Source: an uncultured Gammaproteobacteria bacterium
GTDB taxonomy: Bacteria; Pseudomonadota; Gammaproteobacteria; UBA9214
Assembly (NCBI GenBank): GCA_963768415.1
Contig: CAVYHX010000042.1
Location: forward strand, 118-64,117
Direction of reading: 5' to 3'
DNA: 64,000 nt
Shown here piece after piece: positions 19,022 through 29,825 of the stretch. The stretch's first letter is position 1; each line of letters opens with the position of its first letter. The notes under the pieces are model-generated. The model saw only the letters and a list, made by a program, of their open reading frames with translations, was not told the DNA's origin and did no database searches. The translations under genes and the position numbers were made by a program.

Positions 19022-21532
19022 TCAGCGGCGCATTAAGTTGTTGCTGTGTGTCCACAACCGCAGCACCGTCAGCAGCATCAGCAGCAGCCACCATGCACCG
19101 GCCTGTCGCGGTCCTGTTCCGGTTGCACGGACAGAGCAGCCGCCGCCTCCACCGGATGAACCGGAATTCGGTGCATTCAGTGCCGGTCCACCCGGATCGG
19201 AAATTATTCCGTTGGTATCATCCAGGTCCGAATCGCCGCGCTTGCCATCCACAAAATGCAGCGTGACGACATTGTCGCTGATCTCCGCACCGGTCTCTCC
19301 ATCATAGAGAAATTCATACCAGTGGTTCGCATTTTCATCCGGTGTGGGGCCGAACATGAAGTAGCTGACCGGCTGCTCACCCTCCGGCAGGGTCATGGTA
19401 ACAGTCGCGCCGCCGCCTGCTCCAACACCACTGACATTGTAGGCAATAAATCCGTGTGCGAAGTTAAAACCGGTCAGGATTTCCGGCGGGTTGTATGTTG
19501 TCGGACTGGATCCATCCAGTGCCGGATCAAATTCCGGGCCGATGAAAAACTCGATCGACTCGGGCAACCGGGGTGCAACCGTTCCCAGTGTTATATAGTT
19601 GCCCCGAATATCTGTCAGTGAAACGACATTCTCCTGTTCCCTGTCTGGCGTCCCATCATCGTTGCCATCACCATTATTCGGCGCACCATCCTCGACGAGG
19701 TCGGGTATTCCGTCGTCATCGGAATCGAGATCGAGTGCCGCACCGCCCAGGACCATGAGCGACCCGTTTGTGCCATCCAGATCCGAGTCGCCGCGTGCAC
19801 CGTCCACAAAATGCAGGGTAATGACATTGTCGCTGATTTCCGCCCCGGTGGTGCCATCAAAGAGAAACTCGTACCAGTGGTCCGTTGCATCGTCCGCTGT
19901 GGGGCCGTAGATATAGAACGTTGCCGGTGCCGCCGCATCCGGCAGTATCAGTGTTACCGTCGCAGCGCTGCCCGGGACAAGTTGCGTGACTTCATAGCCC
20001 AGAAACCCGCCCGCAAAGGCAAGATCGGCGGGCTCCGCCGGAAATCCGTTGTCGGGTGCAAATGATCTCGGGAAGACTGCGATGCCGGTAAGCTGCAATG
20101 ACGGGTCCACGACCAGCGTTACGTCGCCACCCTCTGCATCCTTGAAAGAGGCAACGTAAGCCTGGGTGCGGTCGGGTATATCGTCGCTGTTGCCGTCACC
20201 GTCGTTCGGTGCAGCATCCTCCACATCATTCAGTATGCCGTCATTATCCAGGTCCTGGTCTGTTGCAGGACCGCCCACGGTCCGGATAAAGCCATTGGTA
20301 TCATCCAGATCCGCGTCGCCACGTGCACCATCGACAAAGTGAAGACTGACGACATTGCCATTGAATTCTGCGCCGGTGGAACCGTCGAAGACAAATTCAT
20401 ACCAGTGGGGCGTTGCATCATCTGGAGTCGCGCCAAAATTGTAGTAGGTATCCGCCTGCTCACCCGCCGGCAGCGTAAAATCCACTGTCACTGCACCGCC
20501 GGGTCCGCCGCCGGTAATATCGAAACCTGCATACCCCTGTTCGAAGCCAAGCCCGGCCAGTTCTGCCGGTGGCGATGCACCGTTGAACGTGGTCAATGAA
20601 TAGACGAAACCCAGCACATCGGTGGACTGCAGCGCAATCCCGTCGGGAACACCCAGCGAGACATATTCGCCGGAAGCCGCTGCAAAGGAGGTAAAATTGG
20701 ACTGCAGGCTGTCATTCATTCCGTCATCGTTCGCGTCCCCGTTATTGGGTGCCCCGTCCTCGATCCTGTCGATAATGCCGTCAGCATCCCCGTCCAGACC
20801 CAGGTTATTGATCAGAACGAGCCTGTCGAGGTCGAAAAAATTGATCTGACTCGCACCAACAATGATGGTGTCACCGAATGATGTGCTCGCGCACAGAGAT
20901 CCAAGGCCAATAATATCGCTACATACATCCTGGGTATTGATCAGGTCGACAACATCCAGGCTGTCACCCGGCACTTCAGCGAAGACAGTAAAACCGCCAT
21001 TCTGATTATCGAGATTCAGGGAATTGTCAGCCGCATTGAAAAACCATTCATTGGATGCGCTGTCAGGGCCGCCACCTGGTATCGGATTACCCAGATCATC
21101 AAACTCGGCTATCTTCGCCATCGCGAGGGTGCCACGCACATTTGACAGTGCACCCGGCAACCCGGCTTCATTCAGCAGCGGCAGATTTTCTTCAATTACG
21201 GGTATCGGCGTGGCACCACCATCAAAAAACGGTCCATTCTCGGGAATGTATGTGTACCCGCCGGTCTGAGAGACAAAACCGGTTATATTGCGGTGAATGA
21301 ACATACCGTCATAGGCACCGCTATTCATGTAATCGAGAAAATTACCCACCGTCAGGGGTGCAACGTCATCACGCAGGACGATGTCCATGCCACCCAGATT
21401 TGTTTGCATTCTTATATTGATATCACTGGAAGCCGCAAGCGGAACCAGCACCAGACCGAGCAGGCACCATACGGCCGGATGAATCAGAGTGACTGTGTGT
21501 TTGAAAGCAAGGGACATGAACTGACGCCTCAA
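19022..21532 (-). CDS. Secreted cyclophilin-type peptidyl-prolyl isomerase fused to three Asp-rich repeat modules (choice-of-anchor U-like) with a C-terminal GGGGC-TM-RR sorting signal
   Basis: Signal peptide; cyclophilin motifs APLTVGNFLDY, IHR..GFVSQTGG, SNVRGTLAMAK, GGFTVF; three ~180-aa repeats each DxDxDGIxDxxEDxAPNxGDxNxD...HWYEF..DG.TGAE...N..TLHFVDG.RGD.DLD; tail SGGGGGCSV...AGAWWLLLMLLTVLRLW...RR. Confidence 0.8.
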   Translation of the reverse strand: MRRQFMSLAFKHTVTLIHPAVWCLLGLVLVPLAASSDINIRMQTNLGGMDIVLRDDVAPLTVGNFLDYMNSGAYDGMFIHRNITGFVSQTGGYTYIPENGPFFDGGATPIPVIEENLPLLNEAGLPGALSNVRGTLAMAKIAEFDDLGNPIPGGGPDSASNEWFFNAADNSLNLDNQNGGFTVFAEVPGDSLDVVDLINTQDVCSDIIGLGSLCASTSFGDTIIVGASQINFFDLDRLVLINNLGLDGDADGIIDRIEDGAPNNGDANDDGMNDSLQSNFTSFAAASGEYVSLGVPDGIALQSTDVLGFVYSLTTFNGASPPAELAGLGFEQGYAGFDITGGGPGGAVTVDFTLPAGEQADTYYNFGATPDDATPHWYEFVFDGSTGAEFNGNVVSLHFVDGARGDADLDDTNGFIRTVGGPATDQDLDNDGILNDVEDAAPNDGDGNSDDIPDRTQAYVASFKDAEGGDVTLVVDPSLQLTGIAVFPRSFAPDNGFPAEPADLAFAGGFLGYEVTQLVPGSAATVTLILPDAAAPATFYIYGPTADDATDHWYEFLFDGTTGAEISDNVITLHFVDGARGDSDLDGTNGSLMVLGGAALDLDSDDDGIPDLVEDGAPNNGDGNDDGTPDREQENVVSLTDIRGNYITLGTVAPRLPESIEFFIGPEFDPALDGSSPTTYNPPEILTGFNFAHGFIAYNVSGVGAGGGATVTMTLPEGEQPVSYFMFGPTPDENANHWYEFLYDGETGAEISDNVVTLHFVDGKRGDSDLDDTNGIISDPGGPALNAPNSGSSGGGGGCSVRATGTGPRQAGAWWLLLMLLTVLRLWTHSNNLMRR

Positions 21533-21690
21533 TACGACTTCGAGCGCAAAGGCGGGGCGCCTGCACCGATAAATGATTTGTTATCAGCTATTTATATCAT
21601 ATTCAAAGACCTGGTTCCCTAAGCCGCTGCAGGGCACGTTAATTCATTGAATCGCAACAGAATGCCCGCCATCAGAATCATGTCCCGCGC

Positions 21691-22563
21691 TCAACTGCGT
21701 GCCTCATCATCTTCCTCCGTGTCAATCCGGTTCAGTTCGGCATCCATGTCCGCCTCGCTAAGTGGTTTGTAATCACTCGATTCAGCCTGCGCGTCTGTTG
21801 TGCCGGTATGCTGTTTCTGGCGCACGAACCAGCCGGAAAAAAAGACCCCCAGCTCGAACAGCAACCAGACCGGCACCGCCAGCAGGGTCTGGGAAATCAC
21901 GTCAGGCGGCGTCAGCAGCATGCCAATCACAAAGGCACCGACGATGATATAGGGGCGCTTGCGGCGCAGCCCGTCCTGCGTGACCATCCCGGTCCACACC
22001 AGCAATACCGTGACCACCGGGACCTCGAACGCCGCGCCGAAGGCGAAGAACAGGGTAAGCACGAAATCCAGGTAACGGCTGATATCCGTCATGACCGCCA
22101 CTTCGGTCGGTGCCGTACTGGTAAAGAACTTGAACACCAGCGGAAACACCACGAAGTAGGCAAAGCAGGCGCCGGCGTAAAACAGCACGGTGCTGGATGC
22201 CAGCAGCGGCATGACCAGGCGCCGTTCATGCCGGTAGAGTCCCGGCGCGACAAATGCCCAGATCTGGTAAAGAATCACCGGTATGGCAATAAACAGGGCC
22301 AGCATCAGGGTCAGTTTGAACGGAATGAGGAACGGCGAGGCGACATCGATGGCGATCATGCTGCTGCCTTCCGGCAGGTGTACCAGCAAGGGCCCGGATA
22401 ATACGGTAAACAGGGTATTTGCGAACGGCATCAGTGCCAGGAAGACCACTGCCACGACCAGCACGATGCGCAACAGCCGGTCGCGCAGCTCCATCAGGTG
22501 CGATACCAGCGGTTGTTCAGTGTCTGCGCCCGGATCGGCGGGCTGATTATGCAGGTTTGTCAT
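21691..22563 (-). CDS. tatC: Twin-arginine translocase subunit TatC
   Basis: [50 protein letters not shown]. Confidence 0.96.
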   Translation of the reverse strand: MTNLHNQPADPGADTEQPLVSHLMELRDRLLRIVLVVAVVFLALMPFANTLFTVLSGPLLVHLPEGSSMIAIDVASPFLIPFKLTLMLALFIAIPVILYQIWAFVAPGLYRHERRLVMPLLASSTVLFYAGACFAYFVVFPLVFKFFTSTAPTEVAVMTDISRYLDFVLTLFFAFGAAFEVPVVTVLLVWTGMVTQDGLRRKRPYIIVGAFVIGMLLTPPDVISQTLLAVPVWLLFELGVFFSGWFVRQKQHTGTTDAQAESSDYKPLSEADMDAELNRIDTEEDDEARS

Positions 22564-22903
22564 CCGGGTCCGGGCGGGAAACGGGTTCAGGCAGGGTCTC
22601 TGCATCGCGCCGTTCATTTGCTGATGTCTGGCCGGTGCCCGTATTGTCTGTCACGCGCTTCCCGGTCACCTCATCGATGAGTTCTTTCAGTTCGGGCAGG
22701 GATGCTTGTTTGGCAAGGGCTTTTTTAAGCTCCTCCGCGGCTAGCTCCTTGTCTATATCCGCCTTCACCGAAGTCACGAAGCCACGCAGCTTGCCCAGCC
22801 ATAAACCGGTCGTGCGCGCGACGCGCGGCAAGCGTTCCGGCCCGACCACCAGCAGGGCAATCACCATAATGAAGACGATTTCGAAGAAGCCGATATCGAA
22901 CAT
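22547..22903 (-). CDS. tatB: Twin-arginine translocase subunit TatB
   Basis: [26 protein letters not shown]. Confidence 0.95.
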   Translation of the reverse strand: MFDIGFFEIVFIMVIALLVVGPERLPRVARTTGLWLGKLRGFVTSVKADIDKELAAEELKKALAKQASLPELKELIDEVTGKRVTDNTGTGQTSANERRDAETLPEPVSRPDPDDKPA

Positions 22904-22939
22904 GGAGATCCTGCCAGCCAGCTGGCAACGGACGCGTGG

Positions 22940-23171
22940 TCAGACCTTGTCCTTGTCGTGCCGGGTGGCCTTGGCATCGATCACACGGCCACTGTCCTTG
23001 TCCTGCAACTCGTGCCTCCTGGTCGTCTTCCTCGCCTTCCTTCATCGCCTTCTTGAAACCCTTGATGGCGCCGCCAAGGTCCCCGCCGACATTACGCAGG
23101 CGCTTGGCGCCGAACAACACCAGGACGATGGCCAGGATTATCAACAATTGCCAGATACTGATACCACCCAT
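22940..23171 (-). CDS. tatA: Twin-arginine translocase subunit TatA (frameshift near 23015)
   Basis: [43 protein letters not shown]; the natural C-terminus ...[16 protein letters not shown] is in a shifted frame. Confidence 0.93.
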
Positions 23172-23225
23172 AATTATCTCTCCACTCCCGTCATCAACAG
23201 ACAGGATGTCATATTCAATAATACG

Positions 23226-23543
23226 CTATTTATCGCGTGCGGACTTTTCGTCCAGGCCGGAGACGCCAAAGCGGCGCTCCAGCTCTGCCAGCACATCTCC
23301 CGGGCCCAGGCCCCGGGCCGCCAGCATCACCAGGGTGTGAAACCACAGGTCAGCTGTTTCATATACCAGCTGCGCATCATCATCGCCCTTGGCCGCGATC
23401 ACGGTTTCGGTCGCTTCCTCGCCGACTTTCTTGAGAATGGCATCCATGCCCTTGGCGAACAGGCTGGCGACATAGGAACTGTCCGCGCTGGCGTGCTTGC
23501 GCGCCTCGATAATTGCAGCGAGCTTTTCCAGTGTTGCGCTCAT
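23226..23543 (-). CDS. hisE: Phosphoribosyl-ATP diphosphatase
   Basis: [11 protein letters not shown]...[31 protein letters not shown]. Confidence 0.95.
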   Translation of the reverse strand: MSATLEKLAAIIEARKHASADSSYVASLFAKGMDAILKKVGEEATETVIAAKGDDDAQLVYETADLWFHTLVMLAARGLGPGDVLAELERRFGVSGLDEKSARDK

Positions 23544-23566
23544 CGCCTGCTCATGCCCCTGCTGTG

Positions 23567-23961
23567 TCAACGCTTGCCATAAATTTCACCGGGATCCCTG
23601 ACTACCGGCTCGACAGCTTCCCAGCGGTCGTCCTGCAGACGCTTGAAGAAACAACTGCGTCTGCCCGGTGTGACAGGCAATGTCGCCACGCTGTTCCACC
23701 TGCAGCAATATGACATCGTTATCGCAATCCAGCCGCAGGTCCTTCACCTGTTGCCGGTGCCCCGATTCCTCACCCTTGTGCCACAGCTTCCCGCGCGACC
23801 GCGACCAGTACACGGCACGGCCCTCCTGTACCGTCAGCCGCAAGGCCTCCCGGTTCATCCAGGCGACCATCAGGACCTTGCCGTCACCCGCATCCTGCGC
23901 AATCGCCGGCACCAGGCCATCGGCATTCCACTTGATATCATTATAGCCAGTCTTCACTCAT
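23567..23961 (-). CDS. hisI: Phosphoribosyl-AMP cyclohydrolase (frameshifts near both ends)
   Basis: [41 protein letters not shown]...CFF. Confidence 0.93.
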
Positions 23962-24044
23962 GTTCGCGAATCAGTCACGAAATAGGCACCGGCAGTATCC
24001 ACCGTTCAGACTGTCACCCGGGTCACAGTGACCATTACGCGTGC

Positions 24045-24818
24045 CTACAAGCGTACCTCAATACCCCGGTCCGCCATATACTGCTTGGCCTCGCCCACCG
24101 TGTGTTCCCCGAAGTGGAAGATACTCGCGGCCAGCACCGCATCGGCCTTGCCCTGCAGGACACCCTCGGCAAGATGCTCCAGGTTACCCACACCACCGGA
24201 GGCGATCACCGGGACATCCACGGCATCGCTGACGGCCCGGGTCAGCGCCAGATCAAAGCCGTCCCGGGTGCCGTCCCGGTCCATACTGGTCAGGAGGATT
24301 TCACCGGCGCCAAATGCCACCATGCGCTGCGCCCACTCGATGGCATCGATTCCGGTCGGCTTGCGGCCACCGTGGGTAAATATTTCCCAGCGCAGTGGTT
24401 CACCGGCCGCACTGACCTGCTTGGCATCGATCGCCACTACAATACACTGGTTGCCGAAACGCTCTGCCGCCGCGCGCACAAATTCCGGATTGAAGACTGC
24501 CGCAGTATTGATTGCCACCTTGTCGGCGCCGGCATTCAGCATGCGGCTGATATCGGCAAGTTCGCGGATACCGCCACCCACTGTCAGCGGAATAAACACT
24601 TCACCGGCCACCTGTTCGACCACGTGCACCATGGTTTCGCGCTGGTCCGAACTCGCCGTGATATCCAGGAAGGTGATTTCATCCGCCCCTTCCCTGTCAT
24701 AGCGCCGCGCCACCTCGACCGGATCACCTGCATCGCGTATGTCGACGAACTGCACACCCTTGACGACACGCCCGGCATCCACATCCAGACAGGGAATAAT
24801 GCGCTTTGCGAGTCCCAT
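24045..24818 (-). CDS. hisF: Imidazole glycerol phosphate synthase cyclase subunit
   Basis: [52 protein letters not shown]. Confidence 0.97.
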   Translation of the reverse strand: MGLAKRIIPCLDVDAGRVVKGVQFVDIRDAGDPVEVARRYDREGADEITFLDITASSDQRETMVHVVEQVAGEVFIPLTVGGGIRELADISRMLNAGADKVAINTAAVFNPEFVRAAAERFGNQCIVVAIDAKQVSAAGEPLRWEIFTHGGRKPTGIDAIEWAQRMVAFGAGEILLTSMDRDGTRDGFDLALTRAVSDAVDVPVIASGGVGNLEHLAEGVLQGKADAVLAASIFHFGEHTVGEAKQYMADRGIEVRL

Positions 24819-24827
24819 GGCCGTGAA

Positions 24828-25577
24828 TTACCCTGCCTTTGCTCCGCAAAGTTCATCCGCCAGCTTTTGCGCGGCCGCCAGGTCAAGCGTGCCTTCGTAA
24901 ATCGCGCGCCCGGTAATCGCACCCATGATGCCTTCGTCGGCGACCGCGCACAGGGCGCGGATGTCCTCAATATCAGTGATACCGCCCGAGGCGATGACCG
25001 GGATGTTGATGGCCTGCGCCAGCGCCACCGTGGATTCCACATTGACACCGCTCATCATGCCGTCACGGCCGATATCGGTGAACACGATGGCCACAACACC
25101 ATCCTGTTCAAAACGCTGTGCCATATCCAGGGCGGAATGATGCGACAGTTTCGACCAGCCATCGATCGCCACTTTGCCGTCGCGCGCATCCAGACCCACG
25201 ATGATGTGCCCGGGAAACTCGAGACACAGATCATTGACGAAATGCGGCGCACTGACCGCCTTGGTCCCGATGATCGTGTATTGCACACCGGCATCGAGAT
25301 AGGCCTGCACCGTGTCTTCATCGCGAATTCCGCCACCTACCTGGATCGGCGTATCGGGAAAGGCCTCTGCCACCGCCCTGATTGCACCTGAATTGACCGG
25401 CTTGCCCTTGAATGCGCCATTCAGATCCACCATGTGCAGGCGCCGGGCACCGGCATCCACCCAGCGCTGCGCCACCGCAACAGGATCATCGCCGAACACG
25501 GTCTCGTCTTCCATCCGGCCCTGACGCAACCGGACACACTTGCCATCCTTGATATCAATTGCAGGTATCAACAACAT
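24828..25577 (-). CDS. hisA: ProFAR isomerase
   Basis: [51 protein letters not shown]. Confidence 0.97.
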   Translation of the reverse strand: MLLIPAIDIKDGKCVRLRQGRMEDETVFGDDPVAVAQRWVDAGARRLHMVDLNGAFKGKPVNSGAIRAVAEAFPDTPIQVGGGIRDEDTVQAYLDAGVQYTIIGTKAVSAPHFVNDLCLEFPGHIIVGLDARDGKVAIDGWSKLSHHSALDMAQRFEQDGVVAIVFTDIGRDGMMSGVNVESTVALAQAINIPVIASGGITDIEDIRALCAVADEGIMGAITGRAIYEGTLDLAAAQKLADELCGAKAG

Positions 25578-25580
25578 GTC

Positions 25581-26230
25581 TCAAGCCTCTCCATCCCAGC
25601 CAACGAAGTTTTCCAGCAGCCGCAATCCGACAGCCTGGCTTTTTTCCGGGTGAAACTGCACGGCAAAAATATTATCGCGTGCCAGGACAGACGCAAAATC
25701 GATACCGTAGGGTGTCGTCGCGGCAACCACACCGTTATCCACCGGCGCTGTGTAATAGCTGTGCACAAAATAAAACCGGCTCAGCGTCGGGATATCTTTC
25801 CACAGGGCATGCGGGCGTGTCTGCCGCACCTGATTCCAGCCCATGTGGGGAATCTTCAGGCGCACACCCGCCGCCTCTGCCTGCAAGCCGGGCGGAAAGC
25901 GTTTTACCATACCGGGAATGATGCCCAGGCAATCGGTACCCTGATTCTCCTCACTGCCATCCAGTAGCGCCTGCAGTCCCAGGCATACGCCCAGCAAGCG
26001 GTTTCGAGCGCGCGGCCTGCACAACGACAGCGTCCAGACCCGTCTGGCGCAACTCGGCCATACAGTCGCGAATGGCGCCCACGCCCGGAAACACGACACG
26101 GTCAGCGGCAAGTATTGTGTCGGGCTCGACTGCTGACGAGTACACGGTCCTTGCCGGCGACATGTTCAAGCGCCTTGGCAATCGAGTGCAGATTACCCAT
26201 TCCGTAATCGATAATAGCGATGCTGGCCAT
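25581..26230 (-). CDS. hisH: Imidazole glycerol phosphate synthase glutaminase subunit (several frameshifts)
   Basis: [57 protein letters not shown], distributed over several frames. Confidence 0.93.
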
Positions 26231-26275
26231 ACTGGTGCTGGTTAGTCGTCTACCGCTGCCTGTCTCCAGGCGCCG

Positions 26276-26868
26276 TCAAAGACTCCCCTTGGTTGAAGGC
26301 AGCATGTCACCCATGGCGGGATCTGTTTCCAGCGCCATGCGCAGGGCACGCCCGAACGCCTTGAAGATGGTCTCTGCAACATGGTGCGCATTGTCGCCAC
26401 GCAGGCAATCGATGTGCAGCGTCACCAGGGCATGGTTGGCGAAGCCCTGAAAAAATTCATGCAGCAGGTCGACGTCGAAGTCACCGATGCGGGCGCGCGG
26501 GTAATCGGCATGGTATTCCAGACCGGGACGGCCCGAAAAATCAATCACTACCCGCGACAGTGCCTCGTCGAGCGGCACATAGGCATGGCCGTAGCGGCGG
26601 ATACCGCGCTTGTCCGCCAGCGCCCGGCTAACCGCCTGACCCAGGGTGATACCAACATCCTCGACGGTGTGGTGGGCATCGATGTGCAGATCACCCACCG
26701 CCTTGACGTGATATCCAGCATGCCGTGGCGCGCCACCTGGTCGAGCATATGCTCAAGAAACGGTATCCCCGTATCCAGGGACACTTCGCCCTGCCCGTCA
26801 AGATTAACGCTGACACTGATCTGCGTCTCCAGAGTATCGCGGTTAATCGTGGCCTGTCGCTGTGACAT
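26276..26868 (-). CDS. hisB: Imidazoleglycerol-phosphate dehydratase (frameshift near 26710)
   Basis: [53 protein letters not shown]. Confidence 0.95.
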
Positions 26869-26917
26869 AACTGCTTACCATTGTGAATTTGCCTTGCACC
26901 CGAACTATCTTAACAGC

Positions 26918-27367
26918 TTATCGCCGGGGTTTAACCTCCAGCAAGAAGGTCACCGGCCCGTCGTTGACCAGCGCAACCTGCATATCGGCGCCAAAGCGCC
27001 CGTGTGCGACCGGGCTGTGCCGTGCCCCTGCCTGCTGTAGCAGGTACGCGAACAACCGCTGCCCCTCCGCGGGGCTCGCGGCCGATGAAAAGCCCGGCCG
27101 CTGCCCCCTGGTGGTATCGGCTGCCAGGGTGAACTGCGGCACCAGCAACAGCCCGCCGTGGATATCGCTCACGCTGCGGTTCATCCTGCCGCTGCCGTCG
27201 GCAAACACCCGGTAGCCCAGCAGGCGGTCAAGCAGCCGTTGCGCTTCGGCCTCGCGGTCCTCCCGCTGTACACCGACAAATACCAGCAGGCCCGTATCTA
27301 TCCCGGCAATCTGCTTCCCGTCAACATGGACATGGGCGCTGCTGACACGTTGCAGCAGCCCGATCAT
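26918..27367 (-). CDS. dtd: D-aminoacyl-tRNA deacylase
   Basis: LQRV, GRMNRSV, VPQFTLAADT..G.RP.F, FGADMQVALVNDGPVT. Confidence 0.95.
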   Translation of the reverse strand: MIGLLQRVSSAHVHVDGKQIAGIDTGLLVFVGVQREDREAEAQRLLDRLLGYRVFADGSGRMNRSVSDIHGGLLLVPQFTLAADTTRGQRPGFSSAASPAEGQRLFAYLLQQAGARHSPVAHGRFGADMQVALVNDGPVTFLLEVKPRR

Positions 27368-28314
27368 CGAAAGCGCAACGCGAACTGGTTGGTGGCCGTC
27401 AGCAAGGCGTCGACAATACCCGGCTCGGTGGCTGAATGCCCGGCATCCGGAATGACCTCGAGGCGCGCTTCCGGCCAGGCGTTATGCAGGGCCCAGGCCT
27501 GTTCTACCGGGCACACTATATCGTAGCGGCCGTGCACGATGATCCCGGGAATGGCATGCAGACGACCGGCATTGTTCAGAATCTGGTTCGGCTTCAGAAA
27601 ACTGTCATGCATGAAGTAGTGGCATTCAATGCGCGCCAGGCTGAGTGCCGTATGCGCATTTGCAAAGTGATCGACAACGGCGGCTTTGGGCAGCAATGTG
27701 GATGCACGCCCTTCCCAGAGCGACCAGGCCCTGGCCGCCGCCATCCGGGTCACCTCGTTAGCGCCGGTCAGGCGCCGGTAATAGGCATGGACGAGATTTT
27801 CCCGTTCGTCTTCGGGGACTATTTTCAGATAGTCTTCCCAGAACTCCGGCAGCAGGTATGAGGCGCCTTCCTGGTAAAACCAGTGAATATCCCGCGGGCG
27901 GCATAAAAAAATTCCGCGCAGGATCAATCCAAGTACCCGCCGGGGATGCGTTTCAGCATAGACCAGGCCGAGTGTCGACCCCCAGGAGCCGCCGAACACA
28001 ACCCAGCGGTCAATTCCCAGCGTGGTGCGAATCAGCTCGATATCGGCAACCAGGTTCTGCGTGGTATTGCCCTCGAGCGCCGCATGCGGGACTGAACGCC
28101 CGCAACCGCGCTGGTCAAACAGCACGATGCGATAGCGTTCCGGATCAAAAAACCGGCGATGATAGGCTTCGCAGCCGGCACCGGGGCCACCGTGCACGAA
28201 GAGCACCGGCAGACCCTGCGCATTACCGCATTCCTCCACATGAAGCCGATGCCCGTCCGCCACCGCGAGGGCGTGAGTCCGGTAAGGCTCCAGTGCTGGA
28301 AACAGTTGCTGCAT
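27364..28314 (-). CDS. pip: Proline iminopeptidase
   Basis: HGGPG, FDQRGCGRS, VFGGSWGS, LRGIFL, ARIECHYF, GRYD, AGHS. Confidence 0.95.
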   Translation of the reverse strand: MQQLFPALEPYRTHALAVADGHRLHVEECGNAQGLPVLFVHGGPGAGCEAYHRRFFDPERYRIVLFDQRGCGRSVPHAALEGNTTQNLVADIELIRTTLGIDRWVVFGGSWGSTLGLVYAETHPRRVLGLILRGIFLCRPRDIHWFYQEGASYLLPEFWEDYLKIVPEDERENLVHAYYRRLTGANEVTRMAAARAWSLWEGRASTLLPKAAVVDHFANAHTALSLARIECHYFMHDSFLKPNQILNNAGRLHAIPGIIVHGRYDIVCPVEQAWALHNAWPEARLEVIPDAGHSATEPGIVDALLTATNQFALRFR

Positions 28315-28338
28315 CGTTTGCTGCTATTCAATATCCGC

Positions 28339-28370
28339 AATAAAGAAGGGCGTGCAGTTGCACGCCCTTC
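28339..28370 (-). terminator. Intrinsic terminator downstream of dsrE2
   Basis: GAAGGGCGTGCA/TGCACGCCCTTC 12-bp inverted repeat, followed by TTTATT on the minus strand. Confidence 0.6.
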
Positions 28371-28418
28371 ATGGTTACGCGGCACCCGCCATGCGGGCGA
28401 CCGGAACGCTGTATCTGT

Positions 28419-29033
28419 TCAGATAAACAGGCAGACGTCTGATTTCTGTGCGACCGGCAGGAACGAGGTGGCGCCGACATAGTCCGTGACCTCGGGGATG
28501 AATTCGCTGGCATCGAAGCCGAACACATCCACCGTCATCTGGCAGGCCACCATCTTGACATCCGCCTCCAGGCACAGGCTGCGCAGCTCTTCTACCGTTG
28601 CGACTCCCTTGTTCTTGAAGGTCTTCTTCATCAGGCCCGTGGCGACCTTCTCGAAACCGGGGATACCCGCCATGATCAGGTTGGGCATCGGCCAGGAAAA
28701 ATCCTGGAACCACTTCGGACCAAACGGCATCTTCATCGGCATGGCCGGGTTACCCAGCGGACTGACATCCGCGTCGATTTCCTTCTTCAGCAACAGCAGC
28801 CCGTAGAAGGTAAAGAACACATCCACCTCCCAGCCAAGCGCGGCCGCTGTGGAGGCAAGAATAAACGGCGGATACGCCCAGTCCAGCGTGCCCTTGGTGG
28901 CAATGATCGACATGGACGGTGTCTTCTGTGCCTCGATCTCTTCAAGCTTTTTCGGTAACAGCTCATTCAGCTTTTTATCCAGCCACGCATCCATCTGTGC
29001 ATTACCCGGCATGTTTTCCGCTGTTGTTGACAT
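28419..29033 (-). CDS. dsrE2: DsrE2-type sulfur-carrier protein (DsrE/DsrF/DrsH-like family)
   Basis: IIATKGTLDWAYPPFILASTAAALG, FFTFYGL, SPLGNPAMPM, KGVATVEELRSLC, MVACQMTVDVF, SDVCLFI, as in DsrE2 of sulfur oxidisers. Confidence 0.85.
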   Translation of the reverse strand: MSTTAENMPGNAQMDAWLDKKLNELLPKKLEEIEAQKTPSMSIIATKGTLDWAYPPFILASTAAALGWEVDVFFTFYGLLLLKKEIDADVSPLGNPAMPMKMPFGPKWFQDFSWPMPNLIMAGIPGFEKVATGLMKKTFKNKGVATVEELRSLCLEADVKMVACQMTVDVFGFDASEFIPEVTDYVGATSFLPVAQKSDVCLFI

Positions 29034-29237
29034 AGTCGCTCTCCTCAAAAGGCCATCCCGCAACGTCCAGTATGCTGGAGGATGATGTAGATGTATCGAC
29101 AGTCAATTGCTGTCGAGACAATTATGATCCCATTTCGTAATGCGCTACCAGTTGCAGTGCAAACATCGCGGGCGGGATGGATTTATCTTTATAGATGTTT
29201 GATTATATTGGCAGGTGTCACCAACGGTCAATTTGTG

Positions 29238-29663
29238 TCAACACTGCTCCCAGGGCAACCCGTGATGGCGCCAGCCCCCGCGGGTACTGCGGTGGTGGTG
29301 CTCATCCAGCTCGCCTTCAAAACCCTCACTGATATTGTAGACTTCATTAAATTCATTACTAATTAATAGTTTAGCCGCCTCAAGGGAGCGTTTACCGCTA
29401 CGGCAAATCAACACCACCGGCGCATCGCTGGCGTGCTCACCCAGTCCGACCCCTCCGAGCATGACCTTGCGAACCTCGGTGACGAAATGTGGATTAACGG
29501 TCCAGTCCGGGGCATCGATCCATGGAACGTGAACGCTGCCCTGGGCATGACCCACAAACAGATATTCCATGCTGGAGCGGACATCGATGATGACGGCGCT
29601 TGGCTGCTCCTGCAGCAATTTCCAGGCCTCTTTGGGCGACAAACTCTGTACTGTACTTGCCAT
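29238..29663 (-). CDS. Rhodanese-like domain protein
   Basis: IDVRS..EYLFVGH, active-site loop ICRSGKRS, YNISEGFEG, GWRHHGLPW. Confidence 0.9.
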   Translation of the reverse strand: MASTVQSLSPKEAWKLLQEQPSAVIIDVRSSMEYLFVGHAQGSVHVPWIDAPDWTVNPHFVTEVRKVMLGGVGLGEHASDAPVVLICRSGKRSLEAAKLLISNEFNEVYNISEGFEGELDEHHHRSTRGGWRHHGLPWEQC

Positions 29664-29825
29664 ATCCCTGTTGCTCCTTTGCGCTACCGGACCGCTGCGC
29701 GGTATGTGGGTGATTCTCAGGCCTGTCGGCCAGCGAGGCAAACGCTAAAGCTGTATATTCCGCAGGTATTTTCCGGCCAGCCCGGCGCGGTCCGTGCAAA
29801 CCAGGGTTTGCGCGGACCGCGCCGG

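Noticed and set aside
23643-25391. Long antisense ORFs (582 aa here; also 15104-16579, 38624-40399 and 44061-45410)
   Set aside because: They are shadow frames of well-conserved genes in GC-rich DNA and have no recognisable motifs
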